A stretch of DNA of 64,000 bases from an uncultured Gemmatimonadaceae bacterium (GCA_963740355.1 CAVUDW010000002.1:928001-992000); one strand, 5' to 3'; shown: positions 25,274 to 38,372, counted from the first letter of the stretch. The notes: a model not told the origin generated them from the sequence alone. Numbers and translations: made by a program.

Positions 25274-27607
25274 CTAGATGCCCACGTTCACTCGCAGTTG
25301 CACACTGCGCGGCCGCCCAACCGACGCACCGCTGAAGAACGCACCCTTCAGCAGGTAGCGCGAATCGAACAGGTTGTCCACGAACAACTCTGGCCGCAGT
25401 GTCACGCCACCGCTGGTGAAGCTGTAGCCGGTGCTGAGGCCAGCGACGAAGTTCGGCTTCACCTTGATGCCCTTGTTGAACGCGAACAAGCCGGTGCCGA
25501 ACGAACAGCCGCAATCCGCCGGGTCGACGCCATTGGTCAGGCCGCTGCCGTAGGTGCCGGTGACGCTCGCAAAGAAGGCGCCCTTCGAGTAGACGGTGTT
25601 GCCGCTGATCGAGACGCGCTGGTCGTGATCGAGGTCGAATTTTCCGTCCGGTGAATCCGTCGGGAAGAAGCCGCCGGTGATGGTGCCGAATCCGTAGGCG
25701 TGATTGATCGCGAGATTGACGTTCGCCGTGAGTGGGCCCTTGGGCCGGATTTCCACCACAGCCTCGAGACCGGTGATGCGCACCTGCTCGATGTTCACCG
25801 CCGTCACGATTGCGGAGCCGGGCACGGTGTTGTCGTCGATGCCAGGAGAGCTCTCCTTGTAGTAGCCGGAAAGCTTGGTCACGACGCCGATCGGGAAGCG
25901 GTGGATGAAGCCCATCTCGTAGAAGTGATCACGCTCGGGCAGCGTCGGCAATGCGGTCACACCAGCCTGCGCCACGCTGGTGATGGCACGGAGGTCTTCC
26001 ACGTTGGTCGGCACGAACAGGCGACCGTAGAAGAGGTAAAGGGTGTTGGCTGCATCGAAGAACAGGTTCAGTCGCACGCGCGGGCTGACCTGCGACTGCG
26101 TCCCTGCGAACGGCGCCGTATGGGCATCGTACCGAATGCCCGTGCGCAGCTCCACATGTTCGTTCGGCGCCAGCGCTGTTTGCGCGTACACGCCTACGTC
26201 GCTGCCAGACAGGTTCGAGTTGGACGCCGGCCCGAACTGGCCCTGCGCATTCGAGGTCAGGAAGTCTTCCTGGCCGGTGGTGAACTGCGTCAACAGGCCG
26301 GTCCGGAATTCGACTTTCTCGCTGGTGCGCTTGGTGAAATCGATCTTCGCGCCGACCGACGTGAAGTTCCGATTCTCGCTCAGGTTGTAGCGATTCGTGT
26401 CGGGAAAGAAGACGAACTGCGGATCGTTGGTGAGCCCTGGGGCGTATTTCAGGCTGCCGTAGCGATAGAACGCCCCGGCGAAGAACTCACCGCCGTGGTG
26501 TGACTTGCCGTCCGCATCCGTGGTTGGCTCGAAGTGGTGCCGCCAGCCGAGGTTGAGGAAGGTGTTGACGTCCGTCTGGCGATCATCCGCGCTGTTGCCG
26601 CCGGCAGAATCGAATGGCACCTGGAACTTCGTTCGTGTCCAGTTGCCCTCGAGATTCACCACGTCCGTGCCCGACGGGTTCCACTGCACCTTGCCGAAGC
26701 CGAACAGGTCCTCGCCATGATTGTGGAAGTTGTACGGACGAAAGGTCACCGTATCGAAGGCCACGGGCTCGCGCCGCATGTCGCTCACCTGCCGCGAGAG
26801 CGCACCGAAGAAGCCGACGGTCCCCTTGTTCGCGCTCGCATTCAGCGACTGACCGCTGGTGTTGAAGCTGCCGCCGAATCCTGATGCATTGAGATGAAAG
26901 TCGCCGACCGGGATCTTGGTCGTGACTTCGATCACGGCGGCGTTCTTGTTGCCGAACTCCGCGTCCCAGCCACCGGTCTTGAAGTTGATCGAGTTCACGA
27001 TCGCGGGGTCGAACAGCTCGTTGAGACTGCCCGACACGCCACTTGGCACCGGCACTCCATCGAGGAAGTACGTGTACTCCGCATGTTGCCCGCGGATGTG
27101 CACTTCACCGGTCGGCGCCCGCACGGCGCCGGCCACCGATTGCTGGATCAGCTGTGACGAGGTTGTCGTGGGCGACGAGTGTGATCGATTCTGGTCGAAT
27201 GATTGCTCGCCGGTGCGCGTGTCGACGGCAATCGGTGCTCCTGCCGTCACCGAAACGCCGGTCAGCTCGAGTGCGACTGCCGCCAATCGCACTCGCAATT
27301 CGATGTCCCTGTCAGCCACGGGAATCGACCGCTCGAACGGGCGGAAGCCGAGCACGCGTACACGCACGGTGTACGTACCCGTCGGCAGGTGATGCGCACG
27401 AAAGTGTCCGAAGGCGTCGGTCAGCGTGCTGATCACGACGCGATCGCCACTCTGCACCGTGACCTGCGCCGACGCGATCGGTGCGCCACGCAAGCTGTCG
27501 GTGACGGTTCCAAACACGTCGCCGCTGACGACGGCAGACGCCGTGCTACTGGCCACGGCCAGCGCCAGCGCCACCGATGCCGCGCGGCAGATCGTGAAGA
27601 TTTTCAT
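25274..27607 (-). CDS. TonB-dependent receptor with N-terminal carboxypeptidase-regulatory-like domain
   Basis: Signal peptide from ATG 27607, GTVTDS...TDAFGHF domain, plug (HIRG...YFLDGVP...TGGWDAEFG), C-terminal NLFDSRY...GRPRSVQLRVNVGI. Confidence 0.9.
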   Translation of the reverse strand: MKIFTICRAASVALALAVASSTASAVVSGDVFGTVTDSLRGAPIASAQVTVQSGDRVVISTLTDAFGHFRAHHLPTGTYTVRVRVLGFRPFERSIPVADRDIELRVRLAAVALELTGVSVTAGAPIAVDTRTGEQSFDQNRSHSSPTTTSSQLIQQSVAGAVRAPTGEVHIRGQHAEYTYFLDGVPVPSGVSGSLNELFDPAIVNSINFKTGGWDAEFGNKNAAVIEVTTKIPVGDFHLNASGFGGSFNTSGQSLNASANKGTVGFFGALSRQVSDMRREPVAFDTVTFRPYNFHNHGEDLFGFGKVQWNPSGTDVVNLEGNWTRTKFQVPFDSAGGNSADDRQTDVNTFLNLGWRHHFEPTTDADGKSHHGGEFFAGAFYRYGSLKYAPGLTNDPQFVFFPDTNRYNLSENRNFTSVGAKIDFTKRTSEKVEFRTGLLTQFTTGQEDFLTSNAQGQFGPASNSNLSGSDVGVYAQTALAPNEHVELRTGIRYDAHTAPFAGTQSQVSPRVRLNLFFDAANTLYLFYGRLFVPTNVEDLRAITSVAQAGVTALPTLPERDHFYEMGFIHRFPIGVVTKLSGYYKESSPGIDDNTVPGSAIVTAVNIEQVRITGLEAVVEIRPKGPLTANVNLAINHAYGFGTITGGFFPTDSPDGKFDLDHDQRVSISGNTVYSKGAFFASVTGTYGSGLTNGVDPADCGCSFGTGLFAFNKGIKVKPNFVAGLSTGYSFTSGGVTLRPELFVDNLFDSRYLLKGAFFSGASVGRPRSVQLRVNVGI

Positions 27608-27641
27608 GATGGGTGTGGTTACGACGCAGCCACGGCTCGGC

Positions 27642-27664
27642 GTCCCGCATGCTGGATGCGGGAC
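27642..27664. promoter_or_regulatory. RNA hairpin in the leader between the uORF and the TBDR
   Basis: Perfect 9-bp stem GTCCCGCAT / ATGCGGGAC with a 5-nt loop, ~35 nt upstream of the TBDR start. Confidence 0.55.
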
Positions 27665-27734
27665 ATGGCGCGGGTGCTGCGAACTGGACGTCGATGCGTT
27701 ACGAGCAAAAGTGCGCGCAACGTCGTGCAACGAC

Positions 27735-28079
27735 TCAGCTCAGCGGTGGCCCGCGGGGTCGGGCGGTGACACTGACGATAGCACGAGATGCGCGTTCGAC
27801 GCTCGACGGCGTGATCGTGCCTGCCGCACGGAGCACATCCGCCGGCGCCGGTACATCGATTGTCGGCACACAGTGCGCTGCGAACTCGCACAGCGCACAC
27901 ATGTCGGGATGCACTGGAATGCAGTGCTCTTCCGAATGCGATTCAACGTGGACCGGCGTGCGAGCCTGCAGGTCCTGTGCGCGCCATGCATCCGCGACCG
28001 ACGCAATGCCTGGCATCGCCATCTGCAACATGGCGAAGAACAGGACGAGGCTGCGGTAGAGCCGGGAACGCGGTGCCAC
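27735..28079 (-). CDS. Leader peptide with signal/TM segment, His-rich CxxC and C-terminal RGPP (DUF2946/CruR/CutF-like)
   Basis: GTG 28079 start, hydrophobic LVLFFAMLQMAMPGIA, HVESHSEEHCIPVHPDMCALC, ends RPRGPPLS-stop, 127 nt upstream of the TBDR. Confidence 0.75.
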   Translation of the reverse strand: MAPRSRLYRSLVLFFAMLQMAMPGIASVADAWRAQDLQARTPVHVESHSEEHCIPVHPDMCALCEFAAHCVPTIDVPAPADVLRAAGTITPSSVERASRAIVSVTARPRGPPLS

Positions 28080-28264
28080 GGAAATCAGGAAGTGGTCTGC
28101 GAGGAACGCGTCGGAACAGCCGGGCTTGGAGCGCGACGAGAGCGAGGCCGCGGGCGATACTGCCCGTCTCCATGCTAACGCGGGCCACAAGGAACCCGTT
28201 GGCCGGCGCCGCTCGTCATACCGGCCTGCCTTGCCTCCGACCGTCCCCCCTGAATGCCGCCCCG

Positions 28265-29972
28265 CTAGCCGTCCAGAGCCGCCACCCGCTTCTCGGCCTT
28301 GAGCAGCCAGAAGATCGTCAGGAAGCTGCACAGCCCAAGTCCAAACACCGCCCCGCGCAGGAACCGCCACCAGTTCAGTGGTTCGTGATACGCGATGCTC
28401 CGGGCATACCAGTACATCGCCGGCGCCATGGCCAGCGCCACCACCATCGTCAACATGCCCGCTGAGAGCAGGAAGAGGATGCCCTGCCAGGTGACGGTCT
28501 GGTTCACCGCCGTCTCGGCATCGAAGCGAGGGTCGATCGAGCCGATGTAGAGCGCCAGCGCTGCCTGCGCGAACATCAGCGATGCCACCGCCATCATCGA
28601 GAGCGCCGTCACGATCGGTGCCGTGCGCAACAGCAGCGAGGTGAGCCCAACGATGCCCACCGCCACCAGCGCCAGCGGCCCGGTGGCAGCCCAGTACTTG
28701 GCGAAGATGATGTCGCGGATGCGCACCGGTGCCGCACGCAGCAGCCACCACATCGTGCCCTCAGCCGCAATCGTCGGCAGCACCAGGCGCGACGTCACCG
28801 CGGCCAGCACCATGCCCGCCAGGCCAACGTTCACGACCGGCAGGATGCTCGTCACTAGCTGCGGCATCGCCCCACCACCCGTCGGCAACACGCTCACACC
28901 CACGACGTAGACCAGCACCAGCGGGATCAACAGCACGAACTGCGACCAGAGCGCGGCGTCGCGTCCCAGTAGGCGCATTTCCTTCAGCAGCAGCTCGCGA
29001 CGCGCGGGCGTCAAGCCGGCCAGCATCAGGTGGAAGGGCTTGGTGATGATCGACGGCGGATGATCGCTGCGGCCCGCGGATCGCACGGCGGAGATGCCCC
29101 GCGCGTAGAGCAGGCGGAAGCTGCCGTATGCGGTGCCCAGGGCGACTGTCGCCAGCAGCCAGAGCCACGCCAGGGGGGCCGGGTCCCAGAAGCCATCGAG
29201 CCAGTTCTTCAACACACGCGCGGCCCACTCGGTCGGCAGCCAGGGTGCCAGCGGCACGTCGAGCATCTTCACCACTTCGCCGATCGCTTTCGTGCCAAGC
29301 TGCGTCAAATGCGCAGGTTCTATCGCGCCGCATCACGTAGATCGCGCCGACACAGAGCCCAAGGCCGATGATGCGGAAGGCCAGCTGTGCACGGGTTGGC
29401 GGCACGAACGCGACCAGCAGGTACACGGCAATGCAGCCGAGCGACGTTGCGGTGAGCCAGAGCGGAAGCCAGGCCGCAAACGCCACCAGTGGCCAGAGAA
29501 TGCCTCCGCCAAAGGCGAAGCCGTACCCAGCCAGCAGCGGCACCACCAGCAGCATCGCAATCGCGCCGCCTTCCACCACGACCTGGAGAAATCGCGAGAT
29601 GAAGAAAGTCGATTGTGGAATCGGGGCCGCGGCGAGCAACTCGAGGTCGCGCGACAAGAAGAACGCCGGCAGCGCCGTCACGATGCAGCTGAGCACCAGC
29701 ACCGATCCAATGCTGAGCAACGACATCGCCAGCACGCGACCGGCAATCGCGGTGCCGATGGAGTCCACGCTCATCAGGTAGTTCAGCACCAGCAGTACGA
29801 TCACGGTGCCGCCTGCCCAAGTCACGCCAAGCGCCGTCAGGATGCCGAGCGGGCCCACTGCGCCTTGCACCTGCCGCTGTCGCCAGAGCGGCTTGAGCAG
29901 GGTGCTGAGTGAGACGGAGTGGAAAGACGAGGGCGGCACCGCGGCTTCCGGTGCGGCAAGAAACTCAGACAC
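28265..29972 (-). CDS. Putative ABC exporter permease (frameshifted near 29328)
   Basis: Two abutting hydrophobic frames (28761..29972 and 28265..29308) join by removing one base (MRAIEPAHLTQ). FFLSRDLELLAAAPI and AEGTMWWLLRAAPV repeats. Confidence 0.8.
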
Positions 29973-30723
29973 TCAGCACCTCGGCCACATCGCGCGAGGC
30001 CGGTTCACCGGTCAGATGCAGGAAGAGCTGTTCCAGCGGCGCATCGGGCATGCGCAGCCAGGTGCGCAGCTCAGGCACCGTGCCGGACGCCACCAGCTTG
30101 CCACGCTTCATGATCCCGATGCGATCGCAGGTCCCTTCAACCGTTTCCAACGTGTGCGTGGACATCAGCACCGAGTTGCCGCGCGCAGCATAGGCGCGCA
30201 GCATGTCCTTCAGCACGCGAGCGCCTCGCGGATCGAGGCCCACCAACGGTTCGTCCACCATCAGGACTTTCGGTCGATGCAGCACCGCCGCTGACAGCAG
30301 CAGTTTCTGGCGCATGCCGTGGCTGTATTGCTCCACCAGCTCGTGCTGCCATGAGGTGAGCTCGAAGAGTTCAAGCAACTCGGCCGCGCGTGCCTCGACC
30401 GCCTTCCACTGCAGCCCGTAGAGTGAGGCCGAGAAGCGCAGGAATTCGGTGCCGGTGAGCTTGTCGTAGACGTAGGGACGGTCGGGCACGAAGGCGAGGT
30501 GCCGCTTGGCATCGACCGAGTGTGTGCGCATGTCGATACCGGCCACGCGGACCAGTCCCTTGTCGGCACGGAGGATCCCAGCCAGCATCTTCAGCGTGGT
30601 GGTCTTTCCGGCGCCGTTGGCTCCCAGAAATCCGAAGACCTCGCCCGCCTGCACGGTTAGGTCGAGCCCCTCGACGGCGGTGAAGTCGCCATATCGCTTC
30701 GTGACGCCCTGCAATTCGATCAT
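29965..30723 (-). CDS. ABC transporter ATP-binding protein
   Basis: GANGAGKTT, YSHGMRQK, VDEP, STH. Start ATG 30723. Confidence 0.93.
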   Translation of the reverse strand: MIELQGVTKRYGDFTAVEGLDLTVQAGEVFGFLGANGAGKTTTLKMLAGILRADKGLVRVAGIDMRTHSVDAKRHLAFVPDRPYVYDKLTGTEFLRFSASLYGLQWKAVEARAAELLELFELTSWQHELVEQYSHGMRQKLLLSAAVLHRPKVLMVDEPLVGLDPRGARVLKDMLRAYAARGNSVLMSTHTLETVEGTCDRIGIMKRGKLVASGTVPELRTWLRMPDAPLEQLFLHLTGEPASRDVAEVLSV

Positions 30724-30986
30724 TCGACGGACTCGGATGAGATGGGTGGAACCCGCCGATCGAGCCGGATTCCGACGCGTGTCTTCAGACTGTTCAGTCG
30801 ACCCTGCGGTCACTTCATCGACGAGCCGACCGGCGGGCGGTTCTGTCCCTGCATCCGTTTGCGCGTCGACCCCGGACTCGGGTGAAAATGTCGTCCAGTT
30901 GTCGCTCGCACTGCGCTTGGACCGCCAGTCCGCGCTCCCGGCTGACCGGCTGGGTTGAATGCGCCGCCCGGACCGGCGACCTTCCC

Positions 30987-33948
<2,962 letters not shown>

Positions 33949-34109
33949 GGAGCAACGGCATGCCGGGTGACGGTCACAGCCGTCGCCCGGTGAGAGTTGT
34001 GTGTTGGCGGAAGCGTCGACAAGAGCGTAGAGTCTCTCGTTGTCGCATTGGCTGAAGAAAGCGCGCTTACAGAGACACTGCTCTCAGTTTGACGTCTTCC
34101 CGCCTGCAC

Positions 34110-36467
34110 ATGCATTCACTCCCGCGTATTGCGCTTCCGCTGGCCGGCCTGGTCTTGGCCGGTTTTGGCACCAGTGTCGTGTGGCCGACGGCACAACAGA
34201 CTCGTGCGCTGCGACACAGCGACGTGCGCCAACTCGAATCACCGGCGGCCGCACGCCCAATCGCCTGCGCTGAGCCGAAGCCGATCGTCTACATCCCCGC
34301 TAGCGCGGACCCTGCACTTCGCGACACGCTCAAGGCGGCACTCGGGCGACCGAACACACGCGTAATTCTAGGCGCGGATGTGGACATGAATTTCAGCGGG
34401 CTCGATTCCACCTTCTTTCCGATCAACATCGCCGAGTGCGTGACATTCACGAGCCTCGGCAACGCGTCCGATACGCCAGGTGGCGGTCCGGTGGTGGGTG
34501 GCGGCAGTGGTGGCAACGCGGGCGGCGGAGGCGGCGGCGGTGGTGGCAACGCGGGCGGCGGAGGCGGCGGCGGTGGTGGTGGTCGGCCCGGCGGTGGCGG
34601 AGGGGGAGGCCCGATTCGGCCGCGGCTCAGTGATGCAGCGATCGGCGCGACACTCAGCCGCAACGTGCTGCCGGCTACCGTGCTGCCGGACGGTCCAGAA
34701 GCACGCACTCCGCAGTCGCTCGGCCCGGTGCTGCGCTTCGGCCCCACGCGCAAAGGGGTGAAGACCTTCTTCGAGCTTCGCACCTTCCCCGATGAAGGCG
34801 AATCGCGCGGCAATCGTGCTGATCATGTGCGTATCTCGGGCTTCCGGATTTACGGACCGAGCTTCGGCCAGCAATCCAGCAGCGAAGTCGGCATCCGCAT
34901 CATGCGCAGCGTCGACATCGAGATCGCGAACATGGAGATCGCTGGGTGGGCTGAGCAGGGGGTGAAGATCGACGATACCGATGAGGGTCCGGATCAGCCG
35001 GTGGGCGCAAACGGGCCCGGCAACCGTATCCGGCAGCCCGACGACATCCGCATTCACGACAGCTACATCCATCACAACCAGCACCCGAACATCGATGGGC
35101 ACGCCGGCGGCTACGGCGTCGCGGTCGGCGTTGGAGCGTGGATGCGTGTCACGCACAACGTCTTCGATGACAACCGGCACAGCATCGAAGCCAGTGGCAA
35201 CGCCGGTGGCTACATCGCCGAGTACAACCTGCAGCTGAAGGGCGGCGGCTATCACGGCGAGTGGTACAACAAATGGACGCATGTCTTCGACGTACATGGC
35301 ACCGGCAGTGACGGCATCGGCGGTGCGGCCGGTCGCGACTTCCTGTATGTCGGCAACGCCTTCCAGTATCACAAGGACAACGCGATCAAGATCCGCGGCA
35401 AGCCCGCCGTGAGCGTGATGATCCGAGACAACGTCTTCCCGCACGATGCCGTCGAGAAATGGCCCGGTGATGGCGCCGTGTACCGGAAGACCGAGACCAA
35501 CACACACATCGGCACGGGGAACCAATCGAAGGTCGATACCTTCGGTGAATACGGCACCTGTGATTTCGATGGGGATGCTGTCGATGACCTGTTCCTCGCC
35601 ACCGGTCGCACCTGGTGGATGTCGAGTTACGGCGAGTTTCCGTGGAGTTGGCTCGCCGATCGGACCGAGCGCCTGCGCGATGTGCGGTTGGGCTACTTCG
35701 ATGGCGACAATCGCTGCGATGTGCTGACGCGGGACGCGAGCGGTGCGTGGGTCATCTCGAGTGGCGGGCGTGGGGGGTGGGCGCCGCTCGGGAACTTCGG
35801 ATTTCCCCTGTCTGAGGTTGTTTTTGGGCAATTCGATCCCAATGTTCGTGATGCGCGGCCCGGCAGCACCCGTCGTACTACCGGCGCGTTCCGCCGGGAT
35901 GCGAGCGGCCAGTGGTTCGTGACGCCGCTCTCGCGCGTCGACTGGCAGCCGGTGCAAAGCTCCGGACTGCCGTTGTCCGCACTGCAGTTCGGCGACTTCA
36001 CCGGCGACGGCGTGACCGACGTGCTGGCCGTCGTCGGCGGGCGCTGGAGCATGTCTGAATCCGCGCGGGCGCCGTGGCGGCGCATCAACACGACGCTCGG
36101 CGATGGCGTGCGTCCGTTGCTGGTGGCGAACATGGATGCCGACGACAACATCGACGACCTGCTCAAGGTCGATCGCTCGGTGCTTCCGGTGCTCGTCAAC
36201 AACACGGTGCGCTCATATCGTGTGCGCATCAAGATCCTGCGCTCGCGCAACGGCACGGGACCGTGGGTCACCTGGCAGGAGCGGTCGTGGAACGTGGCCG
36301 TCGATCCGACGCTGGTGGTGCCGGTGTGGGCGTTCGCAGCGCGCTTCGGCGCGGCGCCGGGTGGTGGTACGATGATCATCAACCCGACGCGGAACGGCGA
36401 GTTCTTCAGCGCGGCGGAAGTGGCGCGCGGTGCGAATCCGAACTGGACGGCGGGCATGGCGTACTGA
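34110..36467 (+). CDS. Secreted protein: Gly-rich linker, parallel beta-helix region, FG-GAP/VCBS-like repeats
   Basis: Signal peptide, beta-helix-like repeats (IHDSYIHHN, HNVFDDNRHSI), and DFDGDAVDDL, YFDGDNRCDV, DFTGDGVTDV, NMDADDNIDDL Ca-binding-type repeats. Confidence 0.8.
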   Translation: MHSLPRIALPLAGLVLAGFGTSVVWPTAQQTRALRHSDVRQLESPAAARPIACAEPKPIVYIPASADPALRDTLKAALGRPNTRVILGADVDMNFSGLDSTFFPINIAECVTFTSLGNASDTPGGGPVVGGGSGGNAGGGGGGGGGNAGGGGGGGGGGRPGGGGGGGPIRPRLSDAAIGATLSRNVLPATVLPDGPEARTPQSLGPVLRFGPTRKGVKTFFELRTFPDEGESRGNRADHVRISGFRIYGPSFGQQSSSEVGIRIMRSVDIEIANMEIAGWAEQGVKIDDTDEGPDQPVGANGPGNRIRQPDDIRIHDSYIHHNQHPNIDGHAGGYGVAVGVGAWMRVTHNVFDDNRHSIEASGNAGGYIAEYNLQLKGGGYHGEWYNKWTHVFDVHGTGSDGIGGAAGRDFLYVGNAFQYHKDNAIKIRGKPAVSVMIRDNVFPHDAVEKWPGDGAVYRKTETNTHIGTGNQSKVDTFGEYGTCDFDGDAVDDLFLATGRTWWMSSYGEFPWSWLADRTERLRDVRLGYFDGDNRCDVLTRDASGAWVISSGGRGGWAPLGNFGFPLSEVVFGQFDPNVRDARPGSTRRTTGAFRRDASGQWFVTPLSRVDWQPVQSSGLPLSALQFGDFTGDGVTDVLAVVGGRWSMSESARAPWRRINTTLGDGVRPLLVANMDADDNIDDLLKVDRSVLPVLVNNTVRSYRVRIKILRSRNGTGPWVTWQERSWNVAVDPTLVVPVWAFAARFGAAPGGGTMIINPTRNGEFFSAAEVARGANPNWTAGMAY
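34509..34574 (+). repeat. Exact 33-nt tandem duplication encoding GGNAGGGGGGG x2
   Basis: GGTGGCAACGCGGGCGGCGGAGGCGGCGGCGGT occurs twice in tandem. Confidence 0.85.
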
Positions 36468-36494
36468 ACGCGCTGGAGCACACACCGTCATGAC

Positions 36495-36531
36495 GAACGG
36501 GCCGCGACCATGATCTGGTCGCGGCCCGTTC
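36495..36531. terminator. Hairpin between convergent genes
   Basis: Perfect 16-bp inverted repeat GAACGGGCCGCGACCA / TGGTCGCGGCCCGTTC. Confidence 0.7.
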
Positions 36532-36567
36532 CTTGTCAGCCCTGCAATGCTGCGAAGTCGAAGTCTG

Positions 36568-37572
36568 CTACTTCGTCTTGTCCAGCATCGGTGCGAGCAG
36601 CTGCTCGAGGCGCACACCTTCCGCTTCGCCCTGGAAGTTGAGCACCATGCGGTGACGCAGCACTGGCAGCGCCATGTCGCGCAGGTCATCCAGATCCGGC
36701 ACTGCGCGGCCAGCCAACGCGGCACGTGCCTTGGCGCCCAGCACCAGGTACTGCGAGGCACGCGGCCCCGCGCCCCAGCGCACGTACTTGTTCACTTCCG
36801 GTGATGCTTCGTCGCTGCCCGGTCGCGTACCGCGCGCAAGGCGCACCGCGTGCTGGATCAGTGTCGGTGGTGCGGGCAGGCGCCGCACCAACTGCTGCAT
36901 CTGGACCAGCTCTGCGGCGCCGAGGACGGCGCGTACCGGACCCTGTGCTCCACCAGTGGTGGCGAGCACGATGCGCTCCTCTTCGTCACGCGTCGGATAG
37001 CCGATCCGCAACTCGACCATGAAGCGGTCGAGCTGTGCTTCAGGCAGCGGATACGTGCCTTCCTGCTCGATCGGGTTCTGCGTCGCGAGCACGAAATACG
37101 GGCGCGGCAACGGGTGCGTCTGACCGGACACCGTCACTTCACGTTCCTGCATTGCCTGCAGCAAGGCTGCCTGCGTCTTCGGTGGGGCGCGGTTGATTTC
37201 GTCCGCCAGCACGATGTTCGCGAACACCGGTCCCTGCACGAACGTGAAGACACGACGACCGGTCGGATCGTCCTGCAGCAGTTCGGTGCCGGTGATGTCA
37301 CTCGGCATCAGGTCAGGCGTGAACTGGATGCGGTTGAAGCTCAGGTCCAATGCCTGTGCGACCGTCTGCACCAGCAGCGTCTTGGCGAGGCCCGGCACAC
37401 CGACCAGCAAGGCGTGTCCACCGGCGAGCATGGTGGCAACAAGATTTTCGACGATTGCTTCCTGGCCGACGATGCGCTGGGCGATCTGTCCGATCAATGC
37501 CTTGCGAGCGGCGCCGAGCCGTTCGAGCAGCGCGATGTCGTCGTGCGATGCAGCCTGTTGTGGTGCGGTCAT
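36568..37572 (-). CDS. MoxR family AAA+ ATPase
   Basis: GVPGLAKT, RIQFTPDLMPSDITG, LADEINRAPPKTQAALL, ATQNPIEQEGTYPLPEAQLDRF. Confidence 0.95.
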   Translation of the reverse strand: MTAPQQAASHDDIALLERLGAARKALIGQIAQRIVGQEAIVENLVATMLAGGHALLVGVPGLAKTLLVQTVAQALDLSFNRIQFTPDLMPSDITGTELLQDDPTGRRVFTFVQGPVFANIVLADEINRAPPKTQAALLQAMQEREVTVSGQTHPLPRPYFVLATQNPIEQEGTYPLPEAQLDRFMVELRIGYPTRDEEERIVLATTGGAQGPVRAVLGAAELVQMQQLVRRLPAPPTLIQHAVRLARGTRPGSDEASPEVNKYVRWGAGPRASQYLVLGAKARAALAGRAVPDLDDLRDMALPVLRHRMVLNFQGEAEGVRLEQLLAPMLDKTK

Positions 37573-37597
37573 TGCCTTCGGGTGACGCGCGAAGAAT

Positions 37598-37630
37598 GAA
37601 AGAACGACGGCGACAGCATCGCCGTCGCTC
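37598..37630 (-). terminator. Intrinsic terminator-like hairpin after the BsuPI gene
   Basis: Minus strand CGACGGCGA-loop-TCGCCGTCG followed by TTCTTTC. Confidence 0.5.
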
Positions 37631-37633
37631 GCG

Positions 37634-38170
37634 TCACGGAAGAGTAAATACTACCTGCGTCGTCGCCGGATGGTTCTCACTGCGGAATCGCGCGACGGCC
37701 GTAAAAGTGCCACGGGGCAGCGTCTCCTGCCACGTGGCTTCGTAGTCACGCGATTCATGCTGCTCGAGCAGATGTGTCCGCATCGGCTGCGTGAACAAGC
37801 GGCCGTCGCTCCACGTCCAGACGTCACGTCCACGAGCGTCACGCACAATGAAATCGACTTCCTGCCCATCCGCGAACCGGAGTTCGTGACGCTTGTCGCT
37901 CGCATTGCTGGCCACGAGCTCGAACGTCACGTTCTCTACGCCCGGGGTCACCCGAAGGTTGAGCGTGATCGGGACGCCCGCGGATGCGCGCTGCGCCATC
38001 GCCTCCCCTCGCGCCGGGAGCGACAGGGCCTGCTTCTGTCCGTCCACACCGGCGAAAGTGAGCACCTGGCCTGAAGCACCCGTCCGCGTCAGCGGGGACG
38101 AGTGGTCAGAACAGGCGGCGCAGCCAACTGCTGCGACGGCGAGCGCGCCAAGCGCGCGAAAGCGGGGCAT
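37634..38170 (-). CDS. Lipoprotein with BsuPI-like (intracellular proteinase inhibitor) domain
   Basis: Lipobox CAAC, then ELRFADGQEVDFIVRDARGRDVWTWSDGRLFTQ, typical of the BsuPI family. Confidence 0.75.
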   Translation of the reverse strand: MPRFRALGALAVAAVGCAACSDHSSPLTRTGASGQVLTFAGVDGQKQALSLPARGEAMAQRASAGVPITLNLRVTPGVENVTFELVASNASDKRHELRFADGQEVDFIVRDARGRDVWTWSDGRLFTQPMRTHLLEQHESRDYEATWQETLPRGTFTAVARFRSENHPATTQVVFTLP

Positions 38171-38372
38171 CCGGGGAACCTCTTAAAATGGTCGAGTCAG
38201 GTATTGTATCAGCAGACTAACGGACCTGTCCGTCTACAGTCAACACGACCAGACGGACGTTTGGTCACAGGTAAGTGTCGGTAGATTCGTGAGTTAAGGC
38301 AAGCAGGCCGTACCGTGGTGATCAGCTGTGCAAGAGCCACGCCAGCCACGCTCGAGTCCGCCAGAAAATCGC

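Noticed and set aside
27608..28260. Cobalamin or other riboswitch upstream of the TBDR
   Set aside because: I could not recognise a B12-box or other aptamer consensus. The leader ORF explains the region better.
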